DNA of 64,000 bases, taken from NCBI GenBank assembly GCA_963837955.1, contig CAWIPH010000001.1:96001-160000 (forward strand), in the 5' to 3' direction. Source of the stretch: an uncultured Verrucomicrobiae bacterium (GTDB lineage Bacteria; Verrucomicrobiota; Verrucomicrobiia; Chthoniobacterales; JAFAMB01). The notes under the pieces are model-generated. The model saw only the letters and a list, made by a program, of their open reading frames with translations, was not told where the DNA came from and did no database searches. The translations under genes were made by a program, and so were the position numbers. Shown here piece after piece: positions 60,779 through 64,000 of this stretch (its first letter is position 1; the number at the start of each line of letters is the position of its first letter).

Positions 60779-61840
60779 ATGTCGAATTCTTTTTATGCCC
60801 TCGTTCTAGCCGGCGGAAGCGGTACCCGCTTCTGGCCACTAAGCCGCAAAACTACTCCGAAGCAGCTCCTGCGCCTGTTCAATGAGAGTACCTTATTAGA
60901 AGAGACTCTGCGCCGTCTCGAAGGTCTGGTCCCCTCAGAGAACATCCTGATCCTAACCAACGAGGAACAAGAGGGAGCCGTGCGGGAGCTCCTGAAAAAT
61001 CATCCACGCGAGAACATTTACGCCGAGCCAGCCAAGCGGGATACGGCTGCTGCGATCGCACTCGGCGTCGGGCTGGTCGCCGCTCGAGATTCCGGAGCAA
61101 CGATGGCAGTGCTCCCGGCTGACCATCTGATCACAGATCGTTCGGCGTTTCAGTCTGATCTGCGGGCCGCCGCGGAAGCCGCGGAACAAAGTGGGGATCT
61201 AGTGACTATCGGGATCAAACCGACCTGGGCTTGTCCAGGATTTGGCTATATCGAGAAAGGTGTGAAAACCTTCGGACCAGGGAACGAGCTGTTCGAAGTG
61301 GTCCGCTTCCGGGAGAAACCGGCGGTTGATTTAGCCGAGTCATTTGTTCGAAGCAGTAACTTCTTTTGGAACGCCGGAATTTTCATCTGGACCGTGAAAG
61401 CTATCCTGACCGAGTTGAACCGGCATGCGCCGGAACTCGGAGAATTCGTGTCCTCAGTTCGCCGTTCCGATGATCTGGCCAAGATGCTCAAGAAGCGCTT
61501 TCCTTCGTTACCAAAAATCTCGATCGATTACGCGGTAATGGAAAAAGCCGGTCGAGTATTGGTTAAGCCAGCTTCTTTCGACTGGGATGACGTCGGAAGT
61601 TGGACCGCTGTCGCGAAATATTTTGATCAGCTCCCAAATGGAAACGCGGCGAATTGTCCAGTCACATCCGAAAATGCTGGAAACAATATTGTGTTCTCCA
61701 AAGACAAGCTACGGGTTGCTTTGCTCGGCGTAAATGACCTGATCGTGGTGCAGACGGATGACGCAATCCTGGTTTGCAATCGTCACGAGGTAGAGAATGT
61801 AAAGAAACTTGTAGAGTCTCTTCCTGAGAAACTGCAATGA
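60779..61840 (+). CDS. manC: Mannose-1-phosphate guanylyltransferase
   Basis: LAGGSGTRFWPLSR, PKQ, PADH, FREKP, WNAGIF, SIDYAVMEK, WDDVGSW. Confidence 0.92.
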   Translation: MSNSFYALVLAGGSGTRFWPLSRKTTPKQLLRLFNESTLLEETLRRLEGLVPSENILILTNEEQEGAVRELLKNHPRENIYAEPAKRDTAAAIALGVGLVAARDSGATMAVLPADHLITDRSAFQSDLRAAAEAAEQSGDLVTIGIKPTWACPGFGYIEKGVKTFGPGNELFEVVRFREKPAVDLAESFVRSSNFFWNAGIFIWTVKAILTELNRHAPELGEFVSSVRRSDDLAKMLKKRFPSLPKISIDYAVMEKAGRVLVKPASFDWDDVGSWTAVAKYFDQLPNGNAANCPVTSENAGNNIVFSKDKLRVALLGVNDLIVVQTDDAILVCNRHEVENVKKLVESLPEKLQ

Positions 61841-62280
61841 GCGAACGCTGGTTAGGGGTCGACTACGGTGATGCCCGTATCGGACTTGCGGTTTCCGATG
61901 AGCTCGCCTTCTTGGCTCATCCGGCCGCAACCGTGGCCAACAATGCGTCGGCGATGGCGGCGATCCAGGATCTGGTCGTCAAAAAGAATATCACTGGGAT
62001 CGTAATAGGCGTTCCCCGGAATATGAATGGCACGTTCGGTTCTTCCGCCGAGAAAGCGAAGAAATTTGCGGAAGAACTTCGAAAATTGCTACCGGGACAG
62101 CAATTTGTTTTTTGGGATGAACGCTTGACGACGGTCCAGGCCCAACGCGTTTTGCACGGGGCCGGTAAGAACATAAAAAAGAGCCGATCGATAATCGACC
62201 AGGTTGCGGCCCAGATCCTCTTGCAGAGTTATTTAGATTCCTTGCAGATGCCAGGGATCCAGGAAGAATCGGCGGACTGA
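61837..62280 (+). CDS. ruvX: Pre-16S rRNA nuclease YqgF/RuvX
   Basis: GVDYG..RIGLAVSD, DERLTT, IDQVAAQILLQSYL. Confidence 0.93.
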   Translation: MSERWLGVDYGDARIGLAVSDELAFLAHPAATVANNASAMAAIQDLVVKKNITGIVIGVPRNMNGTFGSSAEKAKKFAEELRKLLPGQQFVFWDERLTTVQAQRVLHGAGKNIKKSRSIIDQVAAQILLQSYLDSLQMPGIQEESAD

Positions 62281-62731
62281 CTACAAATAGTAACAGGGCC
62301 GGCAGACCCCGTCCGGGCGAAAACCGGCAAATCAATCTAAACAATCAAGTTCATGAAGAATCTGATAACAGTCACAACATACCTGTTCCTTCTCGACGAA
62401 GTAATGAATTGGAACGAAGGCCTGAGTTTCCTGGCCGCCTAAATCCTCAAAACAATCTTCGCCACAATTCCCACACTTAGGCTCTTTCATTCTAAGATTT
62501 GCTCTTTTCTATACCGATTGACTCTTAGAGCATGTTTCATACCAAAGTGCCTAACAATAGTCAAGCTAGGGTGCCTACACCCAATGGAGGACGTCGCTCC
62601 ACGCCAGTGAGATGTTTGGGGTTCTGGACGACCGTTGAAGCCTTTCCAGCCGGTTACCGCCTTGTTGTTGGTCAGACGCTTATCCCTACGAATTCCGAGG
62701 TCGATTCCCGCTGCATGACCGACCCATCCCC

Positions 62732-63493
62732 TCAGTACTTTACCTTCACAAGGTACAAACCCTCGGCGGGCGCCAGATAATTGCTTTTGCGCCCTTTCGG
62801 ACTTGCCAGGAGGTCTTTCAACCAATCCAAGTCTTTCCGCCCCAATGCAACCTGCACGATCGAACCGGTTAGAAGCCGAACCATCCGGTAAAGAAACCCG
62901 TCTCCCGAATAATCCAACGTTATCACAGAGCCCTTTTGTCGAATCGTGATACCGCGGATGGTCCGAACGGTAGATTCCGATGGAGTCCGCCGATTCGCGG
63001 CGAATGCGGCAAAGTCGTGCGTACCGACAAAAATCGCTGCGGCTCTCCGGATAACTTCGACCGAAAGTTGGCGGGAGATATGCCAGGACCTGTTAACTTC
63101 CAGGGGATGCAGAAAAGCGGCGTTCCAGATACGATAGCGATAGACTTTGCCTTGGGCGGAGAATCGAGCGTGAAATCCAGGCCCGGCCAACCGACAACGC
63201 AACACCCGTACCTCACGAGGCAGATGAGCATTAAGTGCGGCCAGCCATACTTCTCGCGAAAGCTTTCCTTTGGGAACATCAACGTGAGCCACCTGAGCCA
63301 TGGCATGAACTCCGGCGTCCGTACGACCGGCACCGTGGACCTTGGGGGTAGTTCCTAGAATCTGCTGAAAGGCTCCGACCAAGTGGTCTTGCACCGCCTT
63401 TCCATTTGGCTGGCTTTGCCAACCGGAAAAAGCTCCACCATCATAGGCTATCGTGAGCCGCAATCGTTCACAGGGCAGAACTCGCTTGTCCAC
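62732..63493 (-). CDS. truA: tRNA pseudouridine(38-40) synthase
   Basis: YDG..FSGWQ, AGRTDAGVHA, GTHDF, FLYRMVR. Confidence 0.95.
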   Translation of the reverse strand: MDKRVLPCERLRLTIAYDGGAFSGWQSQPNGKAVQDHLVGAFQQILGTTPKVHGAGRTDAGVHAMAQVAHVDVPKGKLSREVWLAALNAHLPREVRVLRCRLAGPGFHARFSAQGKVYRYRIWNAAFLHPLEVNRSWHISRQLSVEVIRRAAAIFVGTHDFAAFAANRRTPSESTVRTIRGITIRQKGSVITLDYSGDGFLYRMVRLLTGSIVQVALGRKDLDWLKDLLASPKGRKSNYLAPAEGLYLVKVKY

Positions 63494-63635
63494 CCTACTA
63501 TAAAGAATCTTTTTCGGCCGTGATTCTAGCTAAAGAAATCGATGGGGAGGGCTCATCGCCCTTCTCCACTCGCGCGGTTTGGGAACGCTTTATTTTTCTG
63601 GCGTCGCCCTCGACCTCCGGTCCAGATTGGCTTGC

Positions 63636-64000
63636 ATGGCGCCCGATTTTGTCTTTCGGCCGGTTGGCGAACACGATCTCGGCGGTCTCAGGCATCTGGC
63701 TGACGTAATCCAAGACGGATTGACCACGCTGCCGCCCGAGGACGCCGCGCTCGAAGATCGTATTAACCAATCCCTTCGCGCCTTTGATCATCGGATAAAA
63801 AAGGCCGGAGGCGACCATTACCTTTTTGCTCTCGAAGAAATCGGTTCCGGTGCGGTAGTCGGCACTTCCGGAATCATCGCGCGCGTCGGCGGTTTCGATC
63901 CGTTTTATACCTACGAGGTTCGCCGAGAGCGGCTCGTGCATCTGCCGCTCGGGATCGATAGTGAAATGGACGTACTTCACCTCAAGCTCGACCACAAAGG
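63636..64000 (+). CDS. astA: Arginine N-succinyltransferase (5' part, runs off window; absent from ORF track)
   Basis: Manual translation: MAPDFVFRPV..DL..L..LA...GLTTLP..LEDRI..S...YLFALEE...VVGTSGIIARVGGFDPFYTY. Confidence 0.85.
   Translation, partial: MAPDFVFRPVGEHDLGGLRHLADVIQDGLTTLPPEDAALEDRINQSLRAFDHRIKKAGGDHYLFALEEIGSGAVVGTSGIIARVGGFDPFYTYEVRRERLVHLPLGIDSEMDVLHLKLDHK

Noticed and set aside
62280..62730. tmRNA or c-di-GMP riboswitch
   Set aside because: No tRNA-like acceptor/T-arm ending in CCA, and GEMM motifs are incomplete.
62532..62780. 82-aa plus-strand ORF
   Set aside because: Overlaps the truA 3' end, no motif, no supporting evidence.
63498..63995. 165-aa minus-strand ORF
   Set aside because: Antisense shadow of astA on the plus strand.

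Overview
Bacterial chromosomal window, moderately GC-rich; gene content and repeat style suggest a soil Verrucomicrobiota (Spartobacteria-like) genome, which is an inference only. It holds: (1) 0.1-15.8 kb, an L-rhamnose catabolic operon (rhaI, lutABC, fused aldolase/dehydrogenase, rhaB, a second sugar isomerase, sugar ABC transporter) with a divergent AraC regulator; (2) uppP, a TonB-C protein and a second sugar ABC transporter; (3) 22.6-32.5 kb, a nitrogen-scavenging neighbourhood (porin, APC permease, cynS, atypical PII, glnA) with four sigma-54 promoters; (4) a frameshifted GxxExxY nuclease gene enclosed by perfect 35-bp inverted repeats built from 9-mers; (5) housekeeping genes (glnD, pgi, valS, murI, amidase, rsmE, dnaJ, grpE, RsbU-like phosphatase and STAS protein, galK, cysE, manC, ruvX, truA, partial astA); (6) a beta-CASP nuclease-ATP-dependent DNA ligase fusion. 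Most notable non-gene signals: the GxxExxY cassette plus gene-less intergenic copies of the same short-period inverted-array architecture, two related structured RNA candidates (6S-like, one directly behind an HNH gene), a GTAG-footed REP/REPIN family with compensatory stem changes, and a structured sigma-54 leader ahead of a PII lacking its uridylylation tyrosine. No CRISPR array, rRNA, tRNA or transposase was seen. All calls come from reading the sequence; no searches were run.
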